From positions 2,408,946 to 2,472,945 of the forward strand of contig CAJFCJ010000006.1 of NCBI GenBank assembly GCA_904063045.1: a DNA stretch of 64,000 bases, written 5' to 3'. Position 1 is the first letter of the stretch. Every line of letters begins with the position of its first letter. A program made the translations under genes and the position numbers. Positions 12,186 to 25,200 of the stretch are shown here, one piece after another. The notes under the pieces were generated by a model that was not told the origin of the DNA, did no database searches, and saw nothing but the letters and a program-made list of their open reading frames with translations. Source of the stretch: Dimorphilus gyrociliatus. Taxonomy: Eukaryota; Animalia; Annelida.

Positions 12186-12970
12186 ATAGAATATGTGCTC
12201 TCCTTGCGAACTTTTATGTGTAATGATCGAAGATTAAGCCTGTGAATACATAATAATCATTGTGTACTTTCTCGTTATAAATATGTAAAAAAAGCAATAC
12301 AACGAAAAATAGCATTATTTAGCATGAAATCTTCCCGATGTGAAGAAATTCACATCAGGGGTAAGTTCATGCACATATTAGATAGATTTTTAATCGATTA
12401 TACGTACCAAAAAGGCAACATTTTCCTTGAGAGACAATCTAACAAGTAGAGCCACGTGGTTCTAACATGTAAGGCACCATTATGATTCTAAAACAAAGAT
12501 GGAGGCTGATTGGCGGGAAATTTAAATCTGAAAACGAACAAGTCATGTATATATACTATTATTATATATGATTTTTTAAACCTGGACTAGACTTAATCTT
12601 CATAGTAAATCCAGTAAGAAGATTTAGAATTAATCTCATAATCAATTGGAAAGTAGGTAATATATAGACAAGCTAAGATTTAGTCCAAGGAAAATTTTTT
12701 ATTGTCAAAATAAGATCAAATTGTTTTGTCTTATAAGTATGTATCAACTATGGCATTCAGTTATTACTATATGACACAGAGAATGTGAAACCATATCCCT
12801 AAATTACATAGAAGGTGTTTATAGAATTACTAAATAGTATTCAAACTAAGAAATTATCACAGCAACAAAATCACATGTGTCAGTACAGAAACGACTAATT
12901 TTGTTTAAATTATGATATATTCGTTTAACCAGCAAAATTGATAGGACAAAACAAAAAAAGCCCAAAAAAC

Positions 12971-15674
12971 CTAAAGTTCGTCATGGGGTAGTTTGTCCTG
13001 TACAAACTTAACGAGCTCTTCTAAATCTCTGCCTCCGTTATGTTCAGAGATTCGCTGACCGTTTTCAAAATAATACAAAGTTGGGAAGCCAGTGACCTAA
13101 TTAGCAAGTGATATTAAACATAAATCAAATTTACATTAAATGTATTACTTACTTCATGTTTATCGCATATTTCTCTATTTTTGGTACAATCGACTTCAGC
13201 AATTGAAATAATCTCATGCCCTGCAAATTTCTTGCCTAACTCTTCCCAAGCTGGGGCCATTCTTTTACAATGTCCACACCATGGAGCATAAAATTTAATG
13301 AAATAATGACCCTCACTGATAGAATCTTCAAAAGTATCTACAGTAAGAGTTTGGACGTACTCAACTTTCTTGTCTTCAACGGTTCCGTGTTTAGCGTCGT
13401 CTTTCTTTCCTCTCATTGAATTAACAAATTCTTTTAAATCTTCAAAATCTCTAGGACCTGAATATTTTTCTACATATTTTCCATCAGTCATCCACCAAAG
13501 AGTTGGATAACCGGAAACTTCTGGTTTTTTACATGCTTCGCTGTCGGTAGTGCAATCAACTTTACCAATAGTAACTGTATCATCGTCGTTGAAAGCTTCG
13601 CCTAATTTTTCCCAAGCTGGAGCAATGTTTTGGCAGTGAGGACACCAAGGAGCATAGAATTTGACGAAATGATGACCTGTGTTTGTTTCGGCAAAATTCT
13701 TTGTGGTATATACTTTAACGTTTGTTACTTCAGCCTAAAAGCGAAAATTTACTATAAAATTTATATAGATTCAGTAGTTCTAAACTTACGGGAACTGTTT
13801 CTTCTTGAGATTCGCTGGCTTTTATTTCTGAATTTGTAGTTTTTGCCACGAATTCCTTAAATGCATCAATATTTCTAGCTCCAGAATATTTTTCAACCTA
13901 TATAAAACATGTTTTAAACTGTCTGTGAGTATTTTAAAATGAGTTACCATTCTTCCATTGGAGAAAAACAAAAGGGTTGGATAACCTTTAATTTCATTAC
14001 TTCCGCAAATGGCTTGATGTTGAGTGCAATCAACCTATGAAAAATAGATTTAAATTACGTTTAAAAAAAACTTTATAAAAACTATTTTATATACCTCGGC
14101 AACTGATACAGATCTATCTTCGTATAAACCAGCCAATTGCTCCCAATCTTTGACCATATTTTTGCAGTGAGGACACCAAGGAGCAAAAAATTTCACAAAG
14201 TGGTGACCAGTTTGAATTGCCGCATCAAAGTTATCATTTGTGTATAACTTAACACCATTTGATGTTTCAATATTTTGATTCTCGGCAGGTTTTTCAGTTG
14301 CGCCGGTATCTCCCTAAGAAATAAATTGTTTATGTTATCAATCCTTAACAAGTTTGTAAAGAAAACAATACCAATTTTGCTTGAATATATTGGTCAAAAT
14401 CGGAAAATCCTCGTCCACCGAAATATTCATCACCTTCAGAGCTTGATGGTTCGAAATATTTGATCCTGAAAAAAAAAGATTAATCAGAAATAGCTACAAT
14501 AGTAAAAAATGAGACAAACGTTGGATAGCCGTTAACTCCTTGCTCAGAGCAAATATCTGTGTGCTGTGTGCAATCAATCATGGCAATTGTTGCTTGTTTG
14601 GAACCTTCATTTTCGTTGTATTTTTCGCTCAGTTCCTCATATGCTGGCATGGTTCTCTTGCAATGACCACACCTAAATAGAATTTACAAGAAAAATTATA
14701 CTAAGTAATTCAAGAATACATAAATTTAACATGAAAACTACATGACCATAGTTATAGTTAAACGAGTCAATAAATTAAATTTTAATAAGACAAGATAAAT
14801 TTATATAAAGAGAGAATACTTTTTTCTTTGTCTAATTAGTTCTATTTATCTTTTTATCTGAGAATTTATCGCTAATAAAGATATTTCAGTTTCTAGTTGA
14901 CGTTGAGGAATTCTAGGAAATACATTTTCAAAGTTAAGCTATACAGGAGAATATCTATTACAAAGGGTATTCAGTGCTTTTCACTGGAGTATACTATTCA
15001 TCATTTTCCACTAAATGATTGAATGTTCATTTGTGTATAGACAAAAAAAATTAGGGACAATCGTTATTCAAATATTGAATATCAGCAAGTTGGAAGAGTA
15101 ACGAAGCAGCATTGAACGTTTACAATCAAGTTGCAACAAGATTTCAGCCCTTGGAAACGGTTCAATAAGAGTATAACTAATCGATAAACAAGTCTTTTGT
15201 GTGCGACTGGAAGCGTACCTCAGTTTGTACACGTACCAACTGGATATAGAATAAGTTTATTATTGAGAAAAAATGAAGTGTAGAAGGAACTTCGAACTTA
15301 AATCACTAAATTTGTTTTTTGTACTTGATATTTTCAAACTATACACTCATAATGTTCAACATCACATGTTTTGCAAGCAAGAATGCTGAAACATTTCATC
15401 TCTTGTTTCTTAAAACTTTAAAAATATATAAAGTACAACTATTTCCCACTCCAATTAAGCAACTTGCTAAAGCTGTTACTCTACAAAGAAAATTTGGAAG
15501 ACACATTAGTACACGTGTAAAGTTTACTTACCAAGGGGCATAAAACAAAACGAAATGTGGATTTTTTGTAACTGCATCCTTAAATTCTGTAGTGCTGTAT
15601 TTCTTTACATATTTAATATCGTGATCAGCAAATGTCAAAGCTAATAAACCAGCCAAAAAGAGTAGACAATTCAT
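12971..15674 (-). CDS. TXNDC5: Thioredoxin domain-containing protein 5 (ERp46/pretaporter-like PDI) with four Trx domains and C-terminal HDEL
   Basis: Signal peptide MNCLLFLAGLLALTFA (ATG 15674). Active sites WCGHC (split by intron 1), WCPHC (~14165), WCPHC (~13635) and WCGHC (~13270). Ends PHDEL-TAG at 12971. Confidence 0.9.
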
Positions 15675-15865
15675 TTTGCAACCGGCAAGTTAGGAATTCT
15701 GTTGAAAATGTTGTCTGCAAACGACTTATTTTTCGTATTAAACGACAAAAATTCTTAAATTAATATTATTTTTATAAAATAAGAATATTATTAAAACAGT
15801 AAAAGAAAATTTTTCAAAATATATTAAATACGAAAATGCGACGACCGCCGGAAACGCGTTGACAG

Positions 15866-15876
15866 CTTCCTTTTCC
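15866..15876 (+). promoter_or_regulatory. 5' TOP/TCT-like tract of RPLP1
   Basis: CTTCCTTTTCC upstream of a short 5'UTR intron and the RPLP1 ATG. Confidence 0.55.
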
Positions 15877-15993
15877 GATATCCATTTTGGAAGTGTATTG
15901 TTCTCGTAAGAGCTAAGGCCAAAATCGGCGACTTACACAGATTTACTTATTAATCGTTAAGTTACAGCAACAAAAAACGAAAGATTAACAGTT

Positions 15994-16630
15994 ATGGCTT
16001 CTAATAACGAACTTGCGTGTGTATATGCCTCTTTAATCTTGGCTGATGATGGTGTTACTATCACGGTATATTCACGTGTTAAGCTACCTGACAAAATTGT
16101 TTAATTATTTCATTTTTCTTCAGGCTGATAAGATCCAGGCTGTTTTGAAAGCCGCTGGTGTCTCTGTCGAACCCATTTGGATCAACTTGTTTGCTAAAGC
16201 TCTAGGAGATTTGGACATCAAAGAATTAGTAGCTAAAGTTGGAAGTTCAGCCGGTTCTGCCCCTGCTGCTGCTGCCCCAGCTGCTGCTAGTGGTGCTGAC
16301 GCTGGAGCTGCCGGTAAGAAAACACTTTAAAAACCTTGCTTTATTCACATTTTATGTTTTCTATAGAATCCAAAAAGGAAGAGAAAAAGGAAGAGTCCGA
16401 AAGTGAAGATGATGATATGGGATTCGGTAAGCATTGGTTTTAGTAATAATCTGAAGTATATTCTAAACCTTATTTAAATCATGATGATCGCATAGTTCAG
16501 CTGATACACCATGCAGAATCATTGCATATGTCTTTCGCTCCTAGCTGATATCGTCTTAGATTTATTTAAGAATGTTTGCTCTTTACCCATAACTAACTCA
16601 CTTTTTCTCTGTACAGGTTTATTCGAATAG
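15994..16630 (+). CDS. RPLP1: 60S acidic ribosomal protein P1 (4 coding exons)
   Basis: [39 protein letters not shown], an Ala-rich hinge, and [18 protein letters not shown]-stop. Confidence 0.96.
16481..16548 (+). ncRNA. Intronic box C/D snoRNA candidate with two 28S rRNA guides
   Basis: Lies in the unusually long last RPLP1 intron. Box C ATGATGA 16481-87, D' CTGA 16501-04, C'-like ATGCAGA 16511-17, D CTGA 16545-48. Guide GCATAGTTCA is complementary to conserved LSU UGAACUAUGC, and guide GTCTTTCGCTCCTA to UAGGGGCGAAAGAC (14 bp, one G-U). rRNA sequences were recalled from memory. Confidence 0.85.
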
Positions 16631-16899
16631 AGCTCAAAGCCCCAGGGGATAATTCAAATTCAATACATGTGTTTTTGAAGAATAAAATTGCGTTGTTTTT
16701 TAATAAAATTTAGGTACACTATTCACACACTGTAGGTTACACTTGTTTATCGAGAGATCGCTAGACGGCAGCATAATAGAATACTGCACCATCACGTGGT
16801 AAATCAAAAAGCCTCAGACTTCTCGAACTAAGATATTACTGCCCTAGTAACAAAGTTTTATAGGCTAATTTAAATGAACTTGAGGCAAAAGCATAATTA

Positions 16900-17752
16900 A
16901 TGTCTAAGTACAAAAAGAAGCACGAGGATAGGCCCAGAAGGGCTACAAGTAACATCTTTGCGATGCTATCGGAGCGTCAGAGAAATGATCTTATGGTTCG
17001 TATAAAAATACTGCAGTTTGATCTTTGTTCACTTACTCACTGGAAATGCTAGCTCGTATCTCGAACCAACCATAGCCTTGCGTAGGAAGCAGACTAGTCC
17101 AGATATCATTTCATAATTCGATGATTAGCATATTTATACAAAACTCGACTACTGAAATGTTGGAATAGATTTCTAATTAATAAATATGAAAGCAAAAATG
17201 AAGACAGCGAATATCAGATAGAAATAGTAATTCCAATTAGTGAAGGTAGAGTACCATTTCTTTAACTTTACCAACAGGATGCTTTTAAACTGATTGATCA
17301 CCATAAAGATGATGTCATAGATGAATTGGATCTAGAATTTATGTTGAAGTCTATAGGAAAGTCTGATGCCAAGGAAGTAGCTGCAGAAATGATGAAAGAA
17401 GTTCCAGGAGGAGGACCTATAAATAGGATTGTTTTTTTAACATTGTTTGGTGAAAGGCTGAAAGATGTTGATCCCGAAGAGGTCATTTTAAATGCCTTTC
17501 AATGCTTAGATGAAGACAATACAGGTAAACTCAGTGCGTCTGTAATATCTTACTATTCTGATAATGTTTATCATAGGCGAAATTTCTACTGAAAGGCTTC
17601 ATCAATTAATGACGACTCAAGGGGATAGATGGAAAAATGAAAATGTGGAAGAATTATTTAGTAAAGCTCCTATACAGTCTCAGCAATTTCAGTATAAAAA
17701 ATTTGTTCAAGAGTTGAAGTATGGAAAAAAAGAGTCTGACGATGAAACATAA
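16900..17752 (+). CDS. Divergent myosin regulatory light chain (EF-hand); 3 exons
   Basis: RPRRATSNIFAM is an MLCK-site motif. Also DAFKLID..D..ID..DL, GPIN..VFLTLFGERL..VDPEEVILNAF and GDRW. Intron 1 is 16996-17277. Confidence 0.85.
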
Positions 17753-18051
17753 AAGTTTCTTTCTTGAATTAATACAATTTTCCGCAAAATATTTCAGTTT
17801 GAAAAATTAAATAAATAAACAAATCAGATACTTTAAATTGAAAATATTTTCAACCATTTTTCATATATACAAGCAGTTATGCAAGCGTCTTAAATCCTTA
17901 CTCATCGATATAAGCTTCAGCATTCAAATATTCGCGCATTTTCCGGACATCGTTTTTCTAAGAAAAAGTCTATGGAATTGAATTGCTTGACGCATTTGTT
18001 TGATATTTCGTAATATTAATTTTGGTATCAAGCTTAAAACCTGTTCATAAA

Positions 18052-19653
18052 ATGACTGGCGGAAAAGTTTGTCAGTTTTTTTTACAAGGAAAGTGCAAGT
18101 ATGGCGATAACTGTTGGAATGTCCACTCAAACCAAGGTAAGTCGCCTTGAGCGATGATAGATGTAGATTATTGCTTTTCTCATAACATTCTAGGCGGACC
18201 CTTCGGAGGAAAATCAAATAATCAAGGTCCATTTGGAGGTAAACAGAATAATGTATTTGGTGGTGGTGGCTTTGGAAATAAAAATAATAATCCTTTTAAT
18301 CGGAATCAATCGAAGCAAGTTCAGACAATTAAAGATATGTCAACCCCTGAAATCATGTTTGTTTCTGTAATTAAATCTTAACAGAATAATAAATAATTTA
18401 TCAACTGCAGTGATCACGTAAAATCTGAAATGAATACTTGGGAACAGAGTAAAATGTGGCCTTTTTCTTGTTTTTCAATTAGCAAGGATCTCCCTACTTT
18501 TCCAGGTTAAGAACATTTTCAATATACCTATCTTTTGTTGTATTATAATTAATATTTATTTATTTTCCTAATAATTTGCAAATGTGTTTGTTTGATATCA
18601 GAACTGAATGATATGTCTCCCGAAGAGTTACGGGCTGAGGCGTACGAAGCTCAAGCTACTAATAGCTTTCCTGCTTATGTAAGTGAATGTAAATGTAAAA
18701 AGAAGAAATATTTATATTCTAATTATATACCTTTTTAAATCTAGCAACAAAAATTCAGCACATTGGCTGCAGAATTTACAAAGAAAAGGAACCAGCTAAA
18801 AAATCCAGATCACATGGTCAAACAAAATTTGGTAAGAGTAAAATAAACCAGTGTTAATTGCTTTTGATTTAATTGTCTTAATTCAGACCAAAGTCATAGA
18901 AAGTCAATTACAAAGTTAGTAGCAATTGATTAGTAGTTGTCATAATATAGAATTTATTTTGATACTTTTGTAGCTTTAAATAACTCAAGCCAGTCATCAG
19001 GAGGAAGCAATATTTTTGGACAAACAGTTTTTGGTCAAACGTCGATGCAAAATCAGCAAAATGCTAGTTCTACTTTATTTGGGAAGCCAGCTCCTAGTAC
19101 AGGGGGTTTTGGTCAACCAGCTCCAAGTACAGGAGGGTTTGGTCAGCCAGCTCCTAATACAGGAGGTTTTGGTCAACCAGCTAATTCATTCCTGAAGCCT
19201 GCAGCAGCTTCAGGAGGATTCGGTCAACCTTCTTCTTTCGGATCTCTAAATCCTACACCTGCTCAGTCTACCATTGGATTTCAAACACCTGGCAAAACTT
19301 TTGGCTCAAGTCCTCAGCAACCAGTCCAACCGCTTCAACCAGCAGCTCCACTTCAACAAACTCCTCCAACAAATCTATCTTTTGGTGGTATGAATCAAGC
19401 TGCACAAAATCCGATTGCTCAAAATCCAATTGCGCAAAGTCAGCCTGCACAAAATACAGCTCTGCCCAATTCTTCCTCCACAGAAAACGAAGATCCATTA
19501 TATTCGAAATTATCTGCTCTGAATCCAGACGAACTCCGACAATTTCAAGCTTCAGAATTTAGTTTAGATAGCTTACCACTAAAGCCACCTCCTAAAGAAT
19601 TATGTACACAGGTTCAAATATCCAGTAAACCAGCTTTTAGTTTATTTTCATAA
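18052..19653 (+). CDS. NUP42: Nucleoporin NUP42/NUPL2 (hCG1)-like: CCCH finger, FG repeats, GLE1-binding tail
   Basis: N-terminal [42 protein letters not shown] repeats (GGFGQPAP x3) and C-terminal [24 protein letters not shown]. Confidence 0.87.
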
Positions 19654-19990
19654 AATCTTATAAATTTTAAATTGCTAAGTGTTTTGTTTTTGTTCTTCAA
19701 CATGTAAAGTTAGTTTATCTGAACTTACTTGAATATTGTGTTTTTAAGATTAAAAGTACATTTTTAACAGTTGATATTATGCTTTCGAGTAAAATGTTAA
19801 TTAATTAATATACTTATTTGTTATTTCAAAAAATATTGCAGGAATAATGAGTTATTCAAAAATAGAAATAGAATGTCGGAATAAACTGGTTGATAAATAT
19901 GAATGTTTTATCACGCAAAGATAATTACTATGAACTTGTGAGCTCGATTTAATTTTTTCAGTATACGCCCCTATCCTCTAATTTGAGGAT

Positions 19991-22076
19991 ATGGCTGGAG
20001 AAATATTTAGGGTGGGTTGCTACCCATGGTATTGTCTAATACTATTATTTCTTGCGTTTTTATTAAATCAGATGAATAGGTAAATTTCATTAATGAGAAA
20101 GTTTTGTTTTTATTGACAATTTTTACTACTAAAGATTCTTACTTCCTGTTGTTTCAAAACCTCTTGCTCAGGAAATTAAGTATGGAAGTAAGGGATGTAT
20201 GAGTAATTCAACGTTAAAGTTACCAAGCGATGACTTTTGTTCAAAAATAGAAAACAAAACTGAGTGTATCTACAAACAAATTAACGGAAGCGAAAGCTAT
20301 GTTTGTGAATGGGGATACACGGGACAAGGTGTGCAGTATGAAATTGTTGCTGGAACTGCTTTTATAGTGATTTACACTTTTGCGGGAATACCTCTGGGCA
20401 GCTTAGCAGATAGATACAATCGGAAAATTATCTTGTCTATAGCCATTTTTGTTTGGTCAGTTGCTACGGTATTGACTGGTGTGATTCGAAAATATTGGCA
20501 ATTGGTTCTACTCCGATTTCTTTTGGGTATAGGGGAAGCAGGCTGCACACCATTTGCAATATCAATAATTTCGGATTACTTTCATACTAATGTTAGAGGT
20601 ACAGCTATAGGAGTATACAATTGGGGTTTGTACATGGGCTACTCTCTGGCATTTACTCTGGGAGACTTTATTGTTGATTTGAATATAAATGGTCAGGGAT
20701 GGCGTTGGGTCTTCATATTAGGAGGTCTACCGGGTGTTGTTTTGTCTGGTATCATTTTATTAAGTTTAAAAGAACCAAAGAGAGGCGATTCAAATTCTAA
20801 TTCTTCCCAAACAAGTGATGAACAAAGTTATGATGAATTGGATAATGAAGATGAGCCTTTGCTTGCCGCTGCAGTATGCAAAGAGGATGGACATATTGTT
20901 ACTATTAATGAAAATAAAAGATTTTCACAATTTCTGTCAGCAGTCAAAGTATTCTTAAGACCTTCGCTTTTACTCCTTCTTCTTGCCGGCTCAATTAGAA
21001 ATTCTGGCGGTTACGTTTGGGCTTTCAATACTCAACCATTCTTTGAAAGTCTGGGACAAACAAGAAAACAGATTGGTACTTTTATGTCTTGGATACCACT
21101 TGTTGGTGGTAGTTTAGGTGTACTTTTCGGTGGTTTATTATCTGATTTGGTTGTTAAACGATATGGAACATATATGAGACTTGCAGTGTTAATTGTATCC
21201 CAAATACTCGCAGCGCCATTTGCTGCAGGAGCTCTCTGGCTCCATACTCCTTTAGCATACTTTAGCTTGATTCCAAGTAATGTTATTGGTGAAATATTTG
21301 TAAGTGTAGCTCTGGTGGTCGTCGTTGAATTGGTACCAAGCAATTTAAGGTCATTATCGGTTGCCATATACCTCTTCGTAATAACGAATATTGGTGGGAA
21401 TGCACCCCTTCTCGTTCCTGTCGTTCAGAAGGCCCTTGAGAAAAGTTTTGATAAGATTTTAGCACTAAGAAGTAAGATTTGTTTTTTTTTATACAGTTTT
21501 TAACGTTTTCATTTTATGTTATTTATAAGAAAATTAATTAAATTAAGACAATTTTTTTCTTCTGTCTTGTTCTAATTTTTAGTCACGCTGACAATACTAG
21601 TTTCGGGTTGTGGATTTGTAGCTGGCTTAGGTGTAATCGTCTCGTTTATCTTTTTAAGAAAAGAGTTGATTGCGCGAGGAGAACTCTCGGTCCAATATAT
21701 AGTACGTATATAAGATATACCAAGTATTGTTATTTTGTTATAAGATTAAGGATATCTTTTGTTTTTTTTTTATAAATTATAACAAATCGATTATATATTT
21801 ATAATTTCTATTTATAACTATTTTATCTATTATCTAATTTAATTGTTTCTCTTTGACAAAATTCGTCTTTTTTAAATAAGGGTTAAGAGCATATATAGTT
21901 TTTTTTACATTCTATTACAAATACCTTTTTTATTTGTCTTTACAGTAACCTTAACGCTACTCTTCCCTGGCGTTTACGTGCTAGGAAGTATATTTTTTCT
22001 ATTAACGTGTCTTGTTATGAGGAGAGAGGTCATTAAAAGAAGAGGAAACGACGAAAGCGAGGTTAATTCCACTTGA
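19991..22076 (+). CDS. Major facilitator superfamily transporter (spinster-related invertebrate group) with two alternative last exons
   Basis: MAGEIFRVGCYPWYCLILLFLAFLLNQMNR joins FLLPVVSKPLAQE. Motif A GSLADRYNRK, and RFLLGIGEAGCTP. Intron after 20079. Terminal exons 21583-21713 or 21946-22076. Confidence 0.88.
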
Positions 22077-22282
22077 ATCGTTTGATTTGAAAAAAAAAGA
22101 ATACTTGAAATACTTCAGGAATTACATATCTTTGGACATTTATTCTTTATTAACGGCTTATAAATTGTTTTTTAAGGCAAAAATTGAAAAGAAAACGTTA
22201 CGATTTGTAAGCCTATTGATTTAATATTTTAATTATAATCAAGGCGCAGCGCCATTTTAAAGACATATTTTTCAATAAAAAA

Positions 22283-25200
22283 ATGAATAAAACTGAAGCT
22301 GAAATTTCTCAAACCAAAAATTCTGGTAAACCAAAGACACCGAAGAAAACTGGTTAATATTTTTTCAAAATACAAAGAGAAAAGTCTATGATTGATATGT
22401 TAAACTTGTTTTCTCTTTTTTTTTTATAGCTTTCAGCTGTTTAAGAATATGTTACAAATTATTTATTTTAGTACTAAAGAACTTTAAACTTCACTTTCGA
22501 AGAAGAAAGATAGCCCTTGGAATGCTTGTCATTCCTGTTATAGCATCTTTTACTTTCGTTCTTCTGGTAAGATAAAGTTAGACTTGAGAATTATTACTAT
22601 AAACAATTTGTAGGCGCTGAAAGAAATTGGCGGTATTAATAATAGAGAAGATAGTATTAGGGATGCGCTGACTAAAACCACCCTTAATGTCTCTTGCATC
22701 CCATACGTAACGAATGTAACAATAGGCTATAGGTATTTATACTTCAGTCGTTCTTTATCGAAATACTAAGAATAGACTGTTTTTCTTTTTTTAAAAAAAA
22801 TTAGGGCACAAATAATTAAACAAGCCGAGATAATTCATGTTTTGGGATATTTGATCAATCAGGGAAGGGATGCTGAAATGAAAGGTAAATGAATTTTTCT
22901 AACTCTAATCTTCCATATACTGAATAGATATGATTAAGGATTATTCTCTTTTATTATTATACTTTTTAGTAAAAATGCAACAAATAAGTAAAAAAGAACT
23001 GTCTGAAAAAGAAATGAGAAAATATTTGTTTGTAATTCTTTGGTCTAAATCAATCTATGAGTATACTTTAACGTAAGGCAAATTACTCTAAATATTTAAC
23101 CTTCTAGTAAAATTATTAATATAAAATAAAACATTAGTTTACCGTTACTCTCGGCCGATGGAAAACTATTTGAATTGAAAGGGAAAACAATAGATTTTAC
23201 TGATCAGGAGTACAGTCTTCCTTATGAATTGTCTTGTTATCAATATCTTGTTGATCAAACTATAATCCAACTTCATAATGGAACTAATACTCTGGAGAGA
23301 AAAGTTACTATAAGTCGTATTCTCAATAGTGGAAATACACTAATTAATTCTCACTATTTATTAAAATACTCTGTCTTCTGGATGCACCTTTCTCTCAGTT
23401 TTCTTATATTTATTACACTCTCAGACCTACTATCTGAGAGGAAATCAGGTCGAAGGGATTTTTTGATAACCTTAGGTGCCAATGGTTCACTACAAACTCT
23501 ATCTTGGATAGTTAAGTCATTTTTGATAGCTGTTCTAATACCTGTCATATTTTTAATTGGCCTTAAAATACCTATAAAAGGAATCAGCATCGTGAATTAT
23601 ACGAGTGTTGGAGTCTATCTTTTCTTCTCTATTATCTATTGTTTTGGGATTGTATCTTTTATGTTCCTTGGTAGTTTATTATATAGTAATTTAAAACTAG
23701 CTCACTACTTTTGGGCAATTATTCATATGATTTTGCAGCTGCCAATATCGTTATATATAATTGATGATTATGAGAAATTAGATCGAAATTTGAAATTAGC
23801 CCTAAGCTTTAATCCTTGTATGTTTTTGCATTTTAGTTTTCATCTTATAGCAAAGTATGAAATTCTTGATACCGCTTTTTCTTTTGATAATTTATTGCAT
23901 CGTCTACCGGAAGACAATGTCTCAGGAATTGAGTTGGTGATGAGCTCGTTAATTTCTATTTGTATTGTGAGTTTTATGTATTTGATTATTAATAATTATG
24001 AAAGGATAAAACTAAGTAAGACTCTGAGGTTTTTAAACTGTGCTAGAAACTCTAACTCACAACTGCCACCTGCAAATAGTGATAATTTATTTGAATCTAT
24101 GAATAGTAGTTCTGCAAATATCACTTTACAAAACATTAGCAGATACTATGGACGGAAGGCTGCACTGAGGAATATTAGTATCAAAATAAAAGAAAACTGT
24201 ATAACGGCTTTCTATGGATATTCTGGTTGTGGTAAATCAACATTAATGAATATCCTTTCCGGTTTAGATAGATCATATATTGGTGAAATGTTCTTTAGAG
24301 ACTATTTGGGTAAAAAGAGATCTGTTTCTAAAAATGGAGAAATTGGGTTTTGTCCTCCAAAACTCTCTTTGTATAGTAGCCTATCTATAAGAGAGCATAT
24401 AAAATTAGCAATGAATCTGAAAGGAGTTAAGTGTAGTGAAGAAAGTATGGAGAATTTATTGGTAAAGTATAATATAGACAAAGATTTGAGCGAACTTTAC
24501 AAAGATCTTTCTAAGATTAATCAAAAGAAGCTGTGTTTGTTACTAGCTCTAACAGGACCTACCGAAATTCTTATAATAGATGAACCTACTGTAGGTCTAA
24601 AAATTAATCAAATTCGAGATATCTGGAAAATCTTGAACAGGGAACGTAAAGATGGCAAAACAATTATAATTGCTACTCATTTCTTAGAAGAAGCTGAAAT
24701 TTTATCTGATACAATTGCTTTTATGTCGGAAGGCGTTATAAAATGTTATAGTAGTTTGGCAGATCTAGAAAAGAAATTAGATGAAAATTATCGTCTGAAG
24801 ATAACTAAAGATCCTTTTAAAATCTTTAATTATGCAAAGATAAATGAATTTATGAATGAGAATATGAGAGATTGCAGTATCTTAGAAGAAAATAGTTTAG
24901 AGCAGATCTGGACAATTCCGAAGGAGAATTTTGATTCTTTACCAAAATTAATCGGCTTTTTCGAAGAAGATTCAATAAAAGATAATATTGGTTTTTCTCA
25001 CTATGTTTTGAAAACACCTTCAATAGAAGATTTCTTTCACAAAATTTCAAATATGGAATCATCAATGAGTCTTTCATCAGGTTCTCTCTATTTTGGAAGC
25101 TTTAAGAAATACAGTTCTGCTTTTATATTTTTCAATCATCTTAACGCAATGATGATGAAGAGAAGAGCGTTTTTTAAAAGAAAACCATGGACTCTCTTCT

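Noticed and set aside
16996-17277. Possible nested antisense gene or snoRNA in the light-chain intron
   Set aside because: Candidate frames hit stops within about 30 codons. The ATGATTA...CTGA pair is too close and has no rRNA-complementary guide.
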